DNA of 64,000 nt from Candidatus Bathyarchaeota archaeon (GCA_963811105.1 CAWEPZ010000011.1:288001-352000), one strand, 5' to 3'; counted from the stretch's first letter, positions 30,287-41,486 are shown. The notes: generated from the letters alone by a model not told the origin. Program-made: numbers and translations.

Positions 30287-32914
30287 CTAGCACGTTCCAT
30301 ACCAAACGAAAATGCTTGTATCAGAATACATTAGTATCGATTGCCCATTGTAATACTGGTTGTAGTTTTCATCGATAATTGCGACTAGACTCTCATCATA
30401 CCAATAGTACGGGTTATAGGTAGGGTCATCCACCGTAACCGTGTGGTAGCCTGGCGTCACATGAATAAGCATTGTCGCTGTTCCAGCCCAATTGCCATCA
30501 ACATAAACATTAGGAGTTAATGTGTTGTAAGAGTAGCCGTCGATTGCCTCCACATATAGTATGCAGGTAGTAACTTCAGAATAGCAAGCCGTCAACGTAC
30601 CACCGGTCCAAAGCGGAATATTAGCTGGATCCCTACACCATTGATCACCACTATATTCGAAGTATTCAAATTGATAACCGCTGATAGAAGGCACACTTAC
30701 GGTATACTCTTGTTGCGTCTGTATGTTGAAACAATTAAAATAATAACTGCCCGTTCCGACTTGTTCGCTGTTTATGGTGAATTCAGGAGATAGCTGATTG
30801 TTACTGTTATCTAAATCTACAGCGTTTAGATTAACGTATGGCTGGTAAAGCTCTATAAGGCTGTCGCCAAAAACCTGCATGCTATTCTTGGTATCAATCT
30901 CATGTCCTGGAAAACCCTGAGGATACCAGCCTGGATTATTGAAAGGGTACTGCATCGACTGATCTCCAGGCCACCACAAGTTATAACCCTGGCAGAGTAT
31001 GCTCGACGTGTAAGTTGTGCTGAAGATTGATATTGACGCCTGATTCAATGAATCACGGATGTCATACCCATTCACAAGCGCGTTGTAGTAGAAGTCTTGT
31101 ATGAAATTTTTCATTGACGGAGTCCACTGCTCTTCAAAGGTCTGTGTGTCGTTGCCTATCCAGGGTGAAAATCCATAGAAACTTATGAAGCACTGTCCAC
31201 TACTATCTGGAGAATTATATCCATCAGTGTTGCTTACGCCGTTGTGCATCCAAGCGTCACAAATGGGAGTTATGCCAACAAGACCGCTACTGGTTTCCGC
31301 CTGACAGCAGACCCATAGAAGTTCAAAGGTGTACTTATTATTCGTAACTGACTGATTGATGTAAGAGGCAGTTATGTAATTACCCGTATTGTCAACATAA
31401 CCATTACCATAGCCAATCATGTGTCCGTATTGAAATACTGTACAATGGTCGTAAGTTGCCGCGTCAGAAGAAGCATTACCCCCTACGTTTGCGACGGTAG
31501 TGTCACCCTCAACATTATTGAACGTCGTGTAATCGGAGGCTGCAAAATCGTTGTCTAATTGCCCCTGCACCCAATATGCTGCATCCTTTTCCTCTTGTGT
31601 CTGAGGAGGCGACCCGTTTCCGCCATCCAGTGAACCATAGATTCTGGCTGAGCTATTAGGAAACACTGAATCTGCCTTGACTGCGGATATTGCAGCGCTT
31701 AAAATGATAACACTGCAGAGCAATAATCCCCATAGCATGGGGTTGAATAGTTTTTTTCCTCCTGCAAGTTTCGAGATTCTTTTTTTGCTAACAAACAAAG
31801 CCCCTACACACAGAATCGCTACAATCACAATGGGCGCTGTTAACATCATTGAGCTCTGACTCGCGTCTGTGGCAACACCCGGAATCACTGTTTGACTTGC
31901 CGTTGGCTGAGTAGCTTTTGCAATTCCACTGTCGGCAGTCATTAACTCTGTTGAGCCGACTTGGCCAGTGTCAGCCCACACCGTTACCGCTATTCCTGAC
32001 ACATCGCCAGGGTAGAACTTGTCAAAGCCTAAGGGAACCCACCATGAAGGATACAGGTTAAAAGGGCTACCATTGCGTGCATTGCTGACGTCAGGACAGT
32101 TAACATAACTCAGCGTCATATCACTTAATGACTCTGGAGCGATTTGGAAGCCAGCAAGTGACACTGCAGAAGTAACGTTTCCACTAACTTGGTATGTGTA
32201 ATTCTGCGCTGCAGCTAACGCTGTTGTAATAGCTTGTTGTCGAGGAACTGTTGGTACGCCAATAATATTGTAGAGTGGCCAGTTATTTATGAAGCAGTTC
32301 AGCTGCCCCTGATAGTAGCTTAATTCCACGTTTTTTGATGGAGCCGTGATGCCGTTTGCTTCTGTGTACGTCCACACATAATCGATTGTCGCTTCATTAG
32401 AATTTAATACCTCAAGTGTCATGCTTCCGGTGGCTTTAGTAATGTTAGCGCTACCAGTGACACCATTCAATGTTGAAGCAAGCGTGCCGTAGAGGGAATT
32501 TCTAGTGCAAGTTTGATAATTCTCAAGAAAATTCTTCGCCATCATGGCAGTGCCACTGGCAGGTTGCGCCAATGCAAGTATTCCTCTGTATTCGCTGAGG
32601 TATAGCAAGTTTAAAGTGTTGTTCACGAAAGTTGAGCTTACTCTGACTGAGCTTTGATTTGAAATTAGGGTAAAATCGATTTGATTTTGCGGTAGACCTT
32701 TGTCTTGGGTGTTGGTTTGCGAGTTTACCTGAGTTGAGTAGGCGCTGGGGTTTATGCCCAAGACACTGCTCAGTATCATGTTTGTGTGGTCTTGACTGTT
32801 TGAGATGGTTGCGGCACGTGCGCTTGGCATAAGCAAGAAAGTAGTGGATGAAACGAGAAGGACAGCGACTGCAATTGTCGTTAGGAAAAACTTTTGTTTG
32901 GAGATTTTAATCAT
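30287..32914 (-). CDS. fusion: PepSY/YcdB-like domain - TM - internal signal peptide - peptidase-like domain - beta-sandwich tail
   Basis: N half matches 38712 and 41977 (LYPSWWV..VTVWADTGQV); C half matches 36604 and 43204 (FQYGH, LWVC, DGYNSPD..CFISF, MQVFGD); start at ATG 32914 after GGAGG. Confidence 0.8.
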   Translation of the reverse strand: MIKISKQKFFLTTIAVAVLLVSSTTFLLMPSARAATISNSQDHTNMILSSVLGINPSAYSTQVNSQTNTQDKGLPQNQIDFTLISNQSSVRVSSTFVNNTLNLLYLSEYRGILALAQPASGTAMMAKNFLENYQTCTRNSLYGTLASTLNGVTGSANITKATGSMTLEVLNSNEATIDYVWTYTEANGITAPSKNVELSYYQGQLNCFINNWPLYNIIGVPTVPRQQAITTALAAAQNYTYQVSGNVTSAVSLAGFQIAPESLSDMTLSYVNCPDVSNARNGSPFNLYPSWWVPLGFDKFYPGDVSGIAVTVWADTGQVGSTELMTADSGIAKATQPTASQTVIPGVATDASQSSMMLTAPIVIVAILCVGALFVSKKRISKLAGGKKLFNPMLWGLLLCSVIILSAAISAVKADSVFPNSSARIYGSLDGGNGSPPQTQEEKDAAYWVQGQLDNDFAASDYTTFNNVEGDTTVANVGGNASSDAATYDHCTVFQYGHMIGYGNGYVDNTGNYITASYINQSVTNNKYTFELLWVCCQAETSSGLVGITPICDAWMHNGVSNTDGYNSPDSSGQCFISFYGFSPWIGNDTQTFEEQWTPSMKNFIQDFYYNALVNGYDIRDSLNQASISIFSTTYTSSILCQGYNLWWPGDQSMQYPFNNPGWYPQGFPGHEIDTKNSMQVFGDSLIELYQPYVNLNAVDLDNSNNQLSPEFTINSEQVGTGSYYFNCFNIQTQQEYTVSVPSISGYQFEYFEYSGDQWCRDPANIPLWTGGTLTACYSEVTTCILYVEAIDGYSYNTLTPNVYVDGNWAGTATMLIHVTPGYHTVTVDDPTYNPYYWYDESLVAIIDENYNQYYNGQSILMYSDTSIFVWYGTC

Positions 32915-33173
32915 TCTATTTACCTCCATTAATTTAGGTGGAAACCTCCTTGTTTTCCACTCGCCCTTTAATTAGGACTAGGCGGTCACTTATCTCCAAC
33001 GCAGTTTAGCGATGGCCTTGCATCCGCTTGTTTAACCTTTAGAACGAGTAAGCCTTTAAGGTTTGTTGTCTTAAAGCTTACGATTTACTGAAGTCCTGAT
33101 ATAAGACTACATTTCTTTTTGACAAGTTCATCAATAAAACGAAAGTTGTTAGCTAAACCTTTAGTTTTTAAGA

Positions 33174-34565
33174 TTATAGTCTCAAAAGTTTGGTCTTTTT
33201 ACCTTTGGTTTTTTGGCTACAGAATATTATCGCTGTGGATGTTGCTATGAATACAATAATAGTGACAATGATTAATGGATACTCTGGAATTGGCTTTGAC
33301 GCGAAAACAATTGAAACTTGATGCGTACTAAAGTGAATTGTGTACCAGACGTAGTAGTTAGCGGCATCTTGAGTGTAACCTTGATTTAGCGCTGTTTGAT
33401 TATCAGCGTATACTATTGGCGGTGACTCAGAGAGCACAGCTGTCTTCGGAATAGTAATGTTACAAAAACCCGACGTGCCTTCCTGCCCCGTTAAACTAAA
33501 CGTAAGACTGGTTTCCTTGCCAGCTTGGTTAATCAGCGCAACGTTGGACATCTGGTTACTGGTGATTGTTCCGCTGAGGTCAAGCGTGACTTCTAAGCCG
33601 GCGTTGGTTGAGGCTTGGATGGCGGTTTGGATTAAGGTCGCCGTTTGAATAGGCGCTGCCTGGGGGTTAGGCAGAGTTAGGAAAGGTGTGAATGTAACCT
33701 TAGCATCAGGTCGGTTATGTGTGGTTATGGTATTTTTTATCGCTTGGGGGTCGGTTGTTCCCCACCAATTGTACGTGACGGTAACGTAAACTTGTCCGTA
33801 CATGCCGTACTCGGTGGAGCTTATGATATTATTGTTGTGCAATAAAGCTGGGCTGGCTGTAACGTAAAGCCCGATCGCGTTGTTTGTAACTGTGTTGTTT
33901 AGAATACTTAGGCTGTTACTCAAAACCTGAATGCCTATTCCAAAATTGTTAATGATGTTATTAGAAATCGTTGTGTTCCCATTAGATTCTGCCATAATTC
34001 CAATGGTTCCGCTGCCAAATTCGTCGCTGACTGTTTCTTGCCCAGCACTATTAATAATGTTGGATGAAATTATTCCTGAGCCCGCATCATCTATTGCGAT
34101 GCCATTATTAATGCCATTAAGGTTGATGATATTGTTTGTGAGGGTTGAATTTCCTAAAATAAAAACAACATTTGTGCTTCCTATTATCGTGAAACCTGCG
34201 ATTATCACGTTATCAGAATCTACTGCTATTCCAGAAGTCCAGCCAAAGGGAGAGTACGTCTCAGTTGTCACAATAATTGTATCTTGGCAATTTTCCCCTA
34301 TCAGCGATACTGGTTTATCAATTACCAAACTCGCAGGAGGAAGGTTCCTATGCATGCGTTCTGTGGTATTGTAGTTTCCGGATCTGACGTACACTGTGTC
34401 TCCGGCACTTGCATTATCTATAGCCGCTTGAATAGTTCGAAAATCGTCTGGAACAATGATTGTTCTTGAAGAGGCAGCTTTTACAGCGATTGGCTGAAGA
34501 GCCACTGAAGAGGTCAAGAATACAGCGGCAAAAAACAAAACCAAAATCTTATTCTTGCGTCTCAT
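33174..34565 (-). CDS. NosD/pectin-lyase-like beta-helix surface protein
   Basis: IIVPDDFRTIQAAIDNASAGDTVYVRSG, NN-I repeats, YNWWG, PEY + C-terminal TM. Confidence 0.88.
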   Translation of the reverse strand: MRRKNKILVLFFAAVFLTSSVALQPIAVKAASSRTIIVPDDFRTIQAAIDNASAGDTVYVRSGNYNTTERMHRNLPPASLVIDKPVSLIGENCQDTIIVTTETYSPFGWTSGIAVDSDNVIIAGFTIIGSTNVVFILGNSTLTNNIINLNGINNGIAIDDAGSGIISSNIINSAGQETVSDEFGSGTIGIMAESNGNTTISNNIINNFGIGIQVLSNSLSILNNTVTNNAIGLYVTASPALLHNNNIISSTEYGMYGQVYVTVTYNWWGTTDPQAIKNTITTHNRPDAKVTFTPFLTLPNPQAAPIQTATLIQTAIQASTNAGLEVTLDLSGTITSNQMSNVALINQAGKETSLTFSLTGQEGTSGFCNITIPKTAVLSESPPIVYADNQTALNQGYTQDAANYYVWYTIHFSTHQVSIVFASKPIPEYPLIIVTIIVFIATSTAIIFCSQKTKGKKTKLLRL

Positions 34566-34613
34566 GATTGCAAGAGCGAATGATTTTAAATAAAAGACTT
34601 TTGGTCAAAAAAC

Positions 34614-36286
34614 GAGACCGTGTAAAAAATCAACATAATGACCGGTTGAAAGCTTGAGGAATTACCATTTTCTCTTCTTGATTTTACTCTTCTCTTACTC
34701 TTATTTCTTAACAAGCGCACAAATTAGCGCTTCGACTCCAAGAATGTTCAAAACTCTCCTCAAATTATAAGACAACAAAAGCAACCCGACCTCTCCACTA
34801 ACCTTCCTAAGACCTTTAAGCAACAAATACGGCGCACCAAACGCCCTCTTCAAAGTTCCAAACGTATGCTCAACCACTTTTTTGCGCTCATCCATAACCT
34901 CAGGATGCAACTTCATACGCTCTCTCAAATCATCCACAACCTCCTCATGCACCCAACGCCAAATCAATCGCCCACGCTTATTGCTTGTGCATTTAGTCAT
35001 AAAAAACTGGCAAGAAGAACAAACACCATTTTTGCACTTGTAAATTCGCCTATCCATCCCATCCTGAAACGTACAGCAGTGAAAGTAAAGACGTTGACCA
35101 GCAGGGCAAACATACACATCAGCATCCTTGTCATAGCGAAATTTATCAGCAGTAAACTCCGGCGACACAATACTTCCACCGCTTCCTGATCTCTTTACCG
35201 CAACATAAGGAGTAACCCCACTGTCGACACATTGCTTGATTTGCAAAAAATCAAAATAACCCTTATCAGAAATACAATCAATCTGCTCAACCCCAAGCGT
35301 TTCTTTAGCACTTATCGCTACACCGCTGAGCTGATTTAGATCTGAAGCCTCATTAGTCACCAAATAATTAACGATAAGATGGTTTTTAGAATCCACTGCT
35401 GCCTGCATGTTATAGCAAGACTCTACTCTGCCATGATTCATCATCTGCCGACAATCAGGGTCAGTCAGGGCAACCTCTGTTTGGCCGCTCTTTTCCATCT
35501 TGTCAAGGATTTCTTCAGATTTCTGCTTTTTCTCAAGCAAAGCTGCAAGCTTGTCTACTTTAAAAGCCTTAGCCTCCTCGCCTAACTCGCCGTTGGATTG
35601 CTGCTCGTCAGATGCTTCTTGCTTATCTGCCGCATCCAACTCTTCAAGGTAATGTGTTACTGATTTTTCCATGACCTTTATTCTCTTTGCCAGTGCTCTT
35701 TGGGTGAAGGCTTTATCGTTGGAGTTGACTGCCCGCAGTTTGGTGCCATCTACGGTTACTTGTTTTGCTCCATAGAGACTGAGATCTTTTAAGAAAGCTA
35801 CAAAATCCTTAAACAACGCACCTATGGCTGCTGGGTTGTCTTTTCTAAAATCCGCTATAGTTTTAAAATCAGGCGTTAGGCCTTTGAGTAGCCAGATGCA
35901 TTCAAAGTTTGTTTTGCATTCGCGTTCTAGTTTTCTGCTTGATCGGATGTGGTTTAGGCCTCCGTATAGATAGAGTTTGCAGAGGTCTTTTGGGTTGTAA
36001 GATGGTCTTCCAAGTTCCTGAGGTGTTGAGTGTGTGAAGCCTAATTTTTTCATGTCAAGCGTGTTTACGTATGCATCTATGAACCTGACTGGATTATCCG
36101 TTTCTACGTATTCTTCTATAGTTTTGGGCAGTAGGAACGTTTGGCTTCTGGATAAGCCTTCCACATAGCTGTTGGTTTCAATGTCCATTTGTCTCACCTT
36201 TGAGTCTTTGTCAGCCATTGCTATGTGTCTAGATTTAAGGTTAACGGCATTCTAGGCGAGTTAGGGAAGACTTTTCACACGGTCTC
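34614..36286 (-). mobile_element. complete IS1182-family element, 4-bp TSD AAAC
   Basis: TIRs GAGACCGTGTAAAAA / TTTTCACACGGTCTC; AAAC at 34610-34613 and 36287-36290. Confidence 0.92.
34701..36218 (-). CDS. IS1182-family transposase
   Basis: GRPSYNP, SSRKLE, PDFKTIADFRK, VDGTK, TDPDCR, YNMQ, SDKGY, VEHTFGTLK. Confidence 0.96.
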   Translation of the reverse strand: MADKDSKVRQMDIETNSYVEGLSRSQTFLLPKTIEEYVETDNPVRFIDAYVNTLDMKKLGFTHSTPQELGRPSYNPKDLCKLYLYGGLNHIRSSRKLERECKTNFECIWLLKGLTPDFKTIADFRKDNPAAIGALFKDFVAFLKDLSLYGAKQVTVDGTKLRAVNSNDKAFTQRALAKRIKVMEKSVTHYLEELDAADKQEASDEQQSNGELGEEAKAFKVDKLAALLEKKQKSEEILDKMEKSGQTEVALTDPDCRQMMNHGRVESCYNMQAAVDSKNHLIVNYLVTNEASDLNQLSGVAISAKETLGVEQIDCISDKGYFDFLQIKQCVDSGVTPYVAVKRSGSGGSIVSPEFTADKFRYDKDADVYVCPAGQRLYFHCCTFQDGMDRRIYKCKNGVCSSCQFFMTKCTSNKRGRLIWRWVHEEVVDDLRERMKLHPEVMDERKKVVEHTFGTLKRAFGAPYLLLKGLRKVSGEVGLLLLSYNLRRVLNILGVEALICALVKK

Positions 36287-36324
36287 AAACCTTGACTAAA
36301 CTTAGCTCTGATTAGTCAATTTTT

Positions 36325-36425
36325 GAGACCATGTAAAAAATCACTAAACAACCATTAGATGCTTGAAAAATCACCCAATGCTCTTATGATTTCACTTTTT
36401 CTCTTACTCTTTATTTCTTAACATG
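36325..36425 (-). mobile_element. orphan IS1182 end remnant
   Basis: GAGACCATGTAAAAAATCA...TCTCTTACTCTTTATTTCTTAACA closely matches 34614-34712. Confidence 0.8.
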
Positions 36426-36511
36426 AGCCCCGATTGGCAAAAGCCTTCACATGGAAAGTTGACATGAAAGTTAGATAAAGTACTTTAGCAAGACTAATGT
36501 AATTCTAGTTG

Positions 36512-38694
36512 GTGAGGCCGACGTCGAAACTGGCTTCTGCTATTGCTTTCACAACCTTGCTGTTAGCGCTAGTTTTGGGCACGACAGCATTGCCTTCCAG
36601 GGTTTGATTGGCGCTCAAGGTGGTCTTCTATTTGAGAATTCAACCGGACTTCTATATGGAGGAGGCAACACATGGCTTAAGTCGGTTGCTATAGGCGATG
36701 TGGACAGCGATAGTGTAACAGAGATAGTAACTGCAGGCTTCTATAGTGATGGAATTCGCCTTAATTCCATTGTATGCGTTTGGACGGGATCAACGCTAAG
36801 TTTAGAGAGAAGTTATTCATGGTATAATATTTCTAACACAGCGATTAATTCTGTAGCCTTAGGCGACGTAGATAGCGACGGTGACACCGAAATCGTCACA
36901 GGAGGCTACTACAATGACGGCACTAGAGACAATGCACAGGTTCTCGTACTAGATGGTAGTTCCCTGGCAGTTGAGAACTCGATGCAATGGTTCTGGCAAT
37001 CAGATGCTAGAGTTGATTCTGTTGCGATCGGAGACGTTGACAGCGATAGTTACGCAGAGATTGTCACAGAAGGATTTACCAATGATTTCTATAGAGATAG
37101 TGCTCAGGTGGTTGTGTTAACAGGAAGTAATCCTGAGGTTGTGAAAAGCATCAAAACTTGGTATTGGTATAGTAATACATGTATCAATTCAGTCGCGATT
37201 GGAGACGTGGACGGCGACTATGCCCAAGAGGTCGTAACTGGAGGTCAATATTTTGACGGCATCAGGCTTGTTGCACAGGTAGTTGTGTTGTCAGGTGCAG
37301 ATGTTACTAATGTGGAGGCATATAATTCTTGGTATTGGGATTATGATACTTATGTTTCTGGCTTATCGATTGCTGATGTTGATTCCGATTATGCACTAGA
37401 AGTGGTTACTGGAGGCGCTTATAGGGCTAATGGTTTGTATCATTCTCAAGTGGTTGTTTGGAGCGGTTACAATATTCAGAACGTTGAAAGTCTGAAATGT
37501 TGGTTCTGGGGTTCAACGACCTTGGTCTATGACATCGCTGTGGCAAACATAGATTCAAATCCAGACATCGAGGTTGTTACCTCTGGCATGTACTTTGATG
37601 GATTACGCTATCAATCTCAGGTTGTGATATTGAGAGGAGAAAACGTAGATAATATCAAGGATCATTTTTATTGGTTTACAAGTGGTGATACAGAAGCTGT
37701 TTCGGTGGCTGCAGGTGACATTGATTCGGATGGGACGGTAGAGTTTGTAACGAGCGGAAACTATGATAGTTTTTCGACGAGTTATGGTCAAGTGACAGTT
37801 TGGAGCAGACCACCAGTAGCCAGCCTAATCTGGGGCACCTCAAACTATCCTAATGCTACCGATGAGGCGAGTGCTTCAAGTTCGATTTGCCAAGGGATCT
37901 ACCAGCTTTTCGTCGACACTGGCAGGTACGATTTCCACCCAAACTACCAAGGAACCCAAACGCAACGCGCCCAAGTTCTAGGCAACATCTCTCGTTGCGA
38001 TAATCAAGCAAATTTTGAGTTCACAACTGTTTTCTATAAGGGACATACGGGCAGGTATTTCCAGTCAGAGTACATGGGTTATCCCGGAAACGCTACTTGG
38101 TGTCCTCTTTGTAACAACGACCACTACGCAATCTATGACTGCGAGGGTGGAAGCACTAACTATGCAGGTTCAACAGGCGATGGGATTCTCGACAATGCCG
38201 TCTACAACAGCATGGTAGACTTCAAGCACGGTTTTGTTTTCTTGTGGACGTGTTTCTTATCGAATAATAAGGGCGGCCTTGATGATGGTCATGAGTACGG
38301 TATGCCCTATGCGTGGATGGGGTCAATCATGAACAGCATGAACGACAACGGCTACGCATACCCTGACAGCACAGACCGTTGCCTAATTTGCTTCCAAAAT
38401 GATTCAATGCCTTTCGTAAATGCTACCCATAAGATTGCCGGTTGGAACTACGGGCATTTCGCATACAAATTTTATGAGTATCTATTATATTATCACTACT
38501 CAATAAAGGGTGCTCTTGACTTTGCAGCTGTTGACACGTGCGTTGAAAAAGGTGGGACAACTTCAGCCCAAAGTTTCGCGGATACCGAGTTTTACAAAGG
38601 TTATGACTACACGTGGGTTCTCAACGGCGTGACAATTCATGATAATTCTTCTATGAGAGTGTTTGGAGACGGAAACGCAAAGATTCCAAGTTAA
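36512..38694 (+). CDS. secreted FG-GAP/VCBS-repeat + peptidase-like domain protein (signal peptide frameshifted near 36590)
   Basis: About 7 S(V/L)A(I/L)GDVDxD..EIVTGG repeats; C domain FYKGH, FVFLWTC, GMPYAW, MRVFGD; main ORF is 36604..38694. Confidence 0.8.
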
Positions 38695-38711
38695 AACAAG
38701 GTGAAAAATGA

Positions 38712-39818
38712 ATGAAACATTTATCAAAAAAAACTGTTTTCTCATTGGTTCTGCTGGTGATCCTCGCTATCCAATTTCCAAGAATGGTGCATTTCGCCCC
38801 CGCGGAATCTTCAGGTATTGAAAAAGTCAACGTTTTCTTGAAAGACGTTGTAGGAATAGACACCGAGAAATACCAAATTGGGGGAGTAACCGACATCACC
38901 GACAACCCCAAAGAATACCCCGGAATAGTCCGAGAAGGCGGCGAATACACCCTAACAACTGCCGGAAGCACACTGGACATACTGTTTCAGTTTCATAACC
39001 AAACCCTTTCCGCATGCCTTATGCGAGTTATGGAGGGCTCTCCGATTTACCTTCATCCACCTTCCAGTAATCTTCTCACATCCGTCGACACTTTCCTCCA
39101 GAAGTTTCAACAATTCGCGGACAGGGGTAGTTTGGAAGACCAACGCGCGCTTCTGGCCAAGATTAAAGACTTGAATAGCTCAACTCAGACGGTGGGCAAC
39201 CTAAAGCTTTCCATAAACAACATGTCAGACCACATTAACTTCCACTGGACTTACTGCGCAAATGGCGTAGATTACATTGGATTCGGAATGAGTTATCTTC
39301 GAGACGGGACATTTTTCAGTTTTGTGGATGATCGGGGCACATACTTAATTGGCGGGACTGAAGTGAACGTTTCAAAGGAATCGGCAATAAGTATTGCTTT
39401 GAGTGCAGCCAGGAACATGTCACTTCCGTATGCGGTCATCGAATCGCCCGCGGATGAAACACTGATAACATGGAGTCGTGAGCCATTGACGGTCTATCCC
39501 TGCTGGGATGTAACTTTCTATCTCAACATGACCAAGATGGAGGGTCCAAGTCATGTGCAAGTTTTGATCTTCGCGGACACTGGCGAAGTAATTGATTGTT
39601 ACACACTCGCGTCTGGGGGAGGCTCTCCAGTCTTCAATGTAGAGACGTCAGACAACTCAACGACAACCACGTCATCTTCCGGAAACAACACAACAGCAGC
39701 TTCAGCGCTAAACCCAGCGGTGATTGTCGCATGTGCCGTGGTCTTCGTCATTATAGCCTCTGCCGCATTGACCATTGTGAAGAAAGGAAAAACCAAAGAA
39801 CCCGGCAACAAAACTTAG
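38712..39818 (+). CDS. membrane-anchored PepSY/YcdB-like protein
   Basis: Signal peptide, FLKDVVGID, VSKESAISIA, SREPLTVYPCW, IFADTGEV, S/T linker, C-terminal TM. Confidence 0.75.
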   Translation: MKHLSKKTVFSLVLLVILAIQFPRMVHFAPAESSGIEKVNVFLKDVVGIDTEKYQIGGVTDITDNPKEYPGIVREGGEYTLTTAGSTLDILFQFHNQTLSACLMRVMEGSPIYLHPPSSNLLTSVDTFLQKFQQFADRGSLEDQRALLAKIKDLNSSTQTVGNLKLSINNMSDHINFHWTYCANGVDYIGFGMSYLRDGTFFSFVDDRGTYLIGGTEVNVSKESAISIALSAARNMSLPYAVIESPADETLITWSREPLTVYPCWDVTFYLNMTKMEGPSHVQVLIFADTGEVIDCYTLASGGGSPVFNVETSDNSTTTTSSSGNNTTAASALNPAVIVACAVVFVIIASAALTIVKKGKTKEPGNKT

Positions 39819-40018
39819 TCTCTAGAAATAAGCCCGCCAAGCGCGCGGAAGCTCTGCAAGCTATTTCGCCAACACTAAAAAACACTAAAGAGTGTGAAGA
39901 ACTATGGTTATTTTTCGCCACTTTTTTGTTGGTGTATTAATGCTAGTATCGTTAATGCAATATTAAGACATAAAAGGCGTTAGCATACTACAGGAGTGGT
40001 GTATTAGGTTGACTGCTT

Positions 40019-40477
40019 TTGAGTAAGCAAGACTTTAAGCTCTTGGAAGACGCTAAACCAGGGGACCTCATTTCAGTCGAGTGGTGCGATGCATCCACTG
40101 GAAAAAACAGTATGAACGGCGGTGCCGTAGACGTTCCAGTGCAGAGCTGGGGCATCTTTCTAGGCGTAATAGCAGGACGCGTTCAACACATCATTTTAGC
40201 CCAGAACAGCTTCTCCTTCACAGAAACAGTCTTCGACCTAGATTATACTTCTATCCCGGTGGGGTGGACAGTCGGAGTTAAAGTTCTGGTTCGCGCAAGC
40301 GTAAACAAGGAAATTGCTGACTGCATGATTCATAGCTTCGCCAAAAGCAGTTCAGGACAGTCTCGTTCAAGCATTGTCTCATCTAATCTTCTAAACCCAC
40401 GTTCCCCAAGGATATTCATGTACCATCGAATGCAAAGAGTAAGAATGAGGATGAGGATGCCTTGGCAGAAAATTTAA
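40019..40477 (+). CDS. hypothetical protein (element-associated, PGDLxxVEWCDAS type)
   Basis: 152-aa ORF overlapping the next gene; beta-rich. Confidence 0.7.
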   Translation: MSKQDFKLLEDAKPGDLISVEWCDASTGKNSMNGGAVDVPVQSWGIFLGVIAGRVQHIILAQNSFSFTETVFDLDYTSIPVGWTVGVKVLVRASVNKEIADCMIHSFAKSSSGQSRSSIVSSNLLNPRSPRIFMYHRMQRVRMRMRMPWQKI

Positions 40478-40716
40478 TCAAACGTGCCCTCACTCGACGC
40501 CGACCAGCTATACGTGGCCGCACAACCTCTGAAGTTGAATTACCGGACGAACGCTTAGTTCTAGGTGTAGAATTTGCGATTGCAATGGCCATTTGCCTCT
40601 CGTTCCTCGAGGTTGCCCACATGGCTTTATTGGGCAGCTGGAACAGCGAAATTTTCGCAACCATCTCAGGCCTAGTCGGAATCATAATCGGGCTATTTGT
40701 GGGGAAAAAACATTGA
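40462..40716 (+). CDS. small two-TM protein
   Basis: Two hydrophobic helices; 3' end duplicated near 46650. Confidence 0.7.
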   Translation: MAENLIKRALTRRRPAIRGRTTSEVELPDERLVLGVEFAIAMAICLSFLEVAHMALLGSWNSEIFATISGLVGIIIGLFVGKKH

Positions 40717-40795
40717 TGCTTACCAGGTGGAATCAAGCTTAATGGTGAGGGGTAACCCTTGGACAGTTGAGGATGAAAAGCAACTTCGACAGCTC
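40670..40795 (+). repeat. dispersed repeat copy 1 (other copy 46650-46826)
   Basis: GGCTATTTGTGGGGAAAAAACATTGA and CCTTGGACAGTT.AGGATGAAA shared; encodes MVRGNPWTVEDEKQLRQL fragment. Confidence 0.8.
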
Positions 40796-41145
40796 CACAC
40801 ATAGGACAATCCTTTGCCTTCTTGTTTCCTGTAATTATCATTCCTAAATTGCAATTGTAACAGAGACGTATATGGCAATCTTTGCAGCAGAAGGTTGCTC
40901 CAACTTTGCCACATGCATCACACGTTTTCCACTAACACTCGTTGCACAATAAAGGTCAGACTTTCAACAGGTATAAACGAAGCCGCCAAGACTACAATGT
41001 GGAAACCACGCTTATAGACAGTATCAACTACTTGATAGCACTATTTTCAGCAGGATCATTTCCTTTAACCATCAATAGTAACAAAAATATGAGTCAAAAG
41101 CTAATGTTTGATTTTTTAGCACCATAACTAATGCAGAATTAAATT

Positions 41146-41325
41146 TTAATCTATTTTTCCAACTTTCAGTATTTTGGGTCCTGGGAAGTGTGTTTCTGGT
41201 TTCTGCTCCTCACTGTCAAGCAGTATTTGGTCGTTTTCGCGCCATCTTAAATCGTCAGCTAACTCTTTTGGGATGGTTATTATTAGGCTATTTCCTGCCT
41301 TTCTTAATTTGACGATTTTCTTCAT
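41146..41325 (-). CDS. AbrB/MazE/SpoVT-type DNA-binding protein, 59 aa (not in ORF track)
   Basis: MKKIVKLRKAGNSLIITIPKELADDLRWRENDQI. Confidence 0.85.
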   Translation of the reverse strand: MKKIVKLRKAGNSLIITIPKELADDLRWRENDQILLDSEEQKPETHFPGPKILKVGKID

Positions 41326-41486
41326 TTCGCTTTTCCTCGAGGTGTAGGTGACTTTATGCGTTTATCTCGAATGCATGTGTTTTGCGCATGTTTTTAACCA
41401 GTATTTCGTATTTTTATATATGATTGGGTGTTGTCCAGTATCATCAGGTATATACAGATAAGTGTGCGTAATGGGTTAAATGAACC

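Noticed and set aside
40720-40990. Cys-rich minus-strand frame (CDAC..CKDC..CYNC..CPMC)
   Set aside because: Interrupted by a stop, no clear start, and runs antisense into the two-TM gene. Possibly a Zn-finger relic but not supportable.
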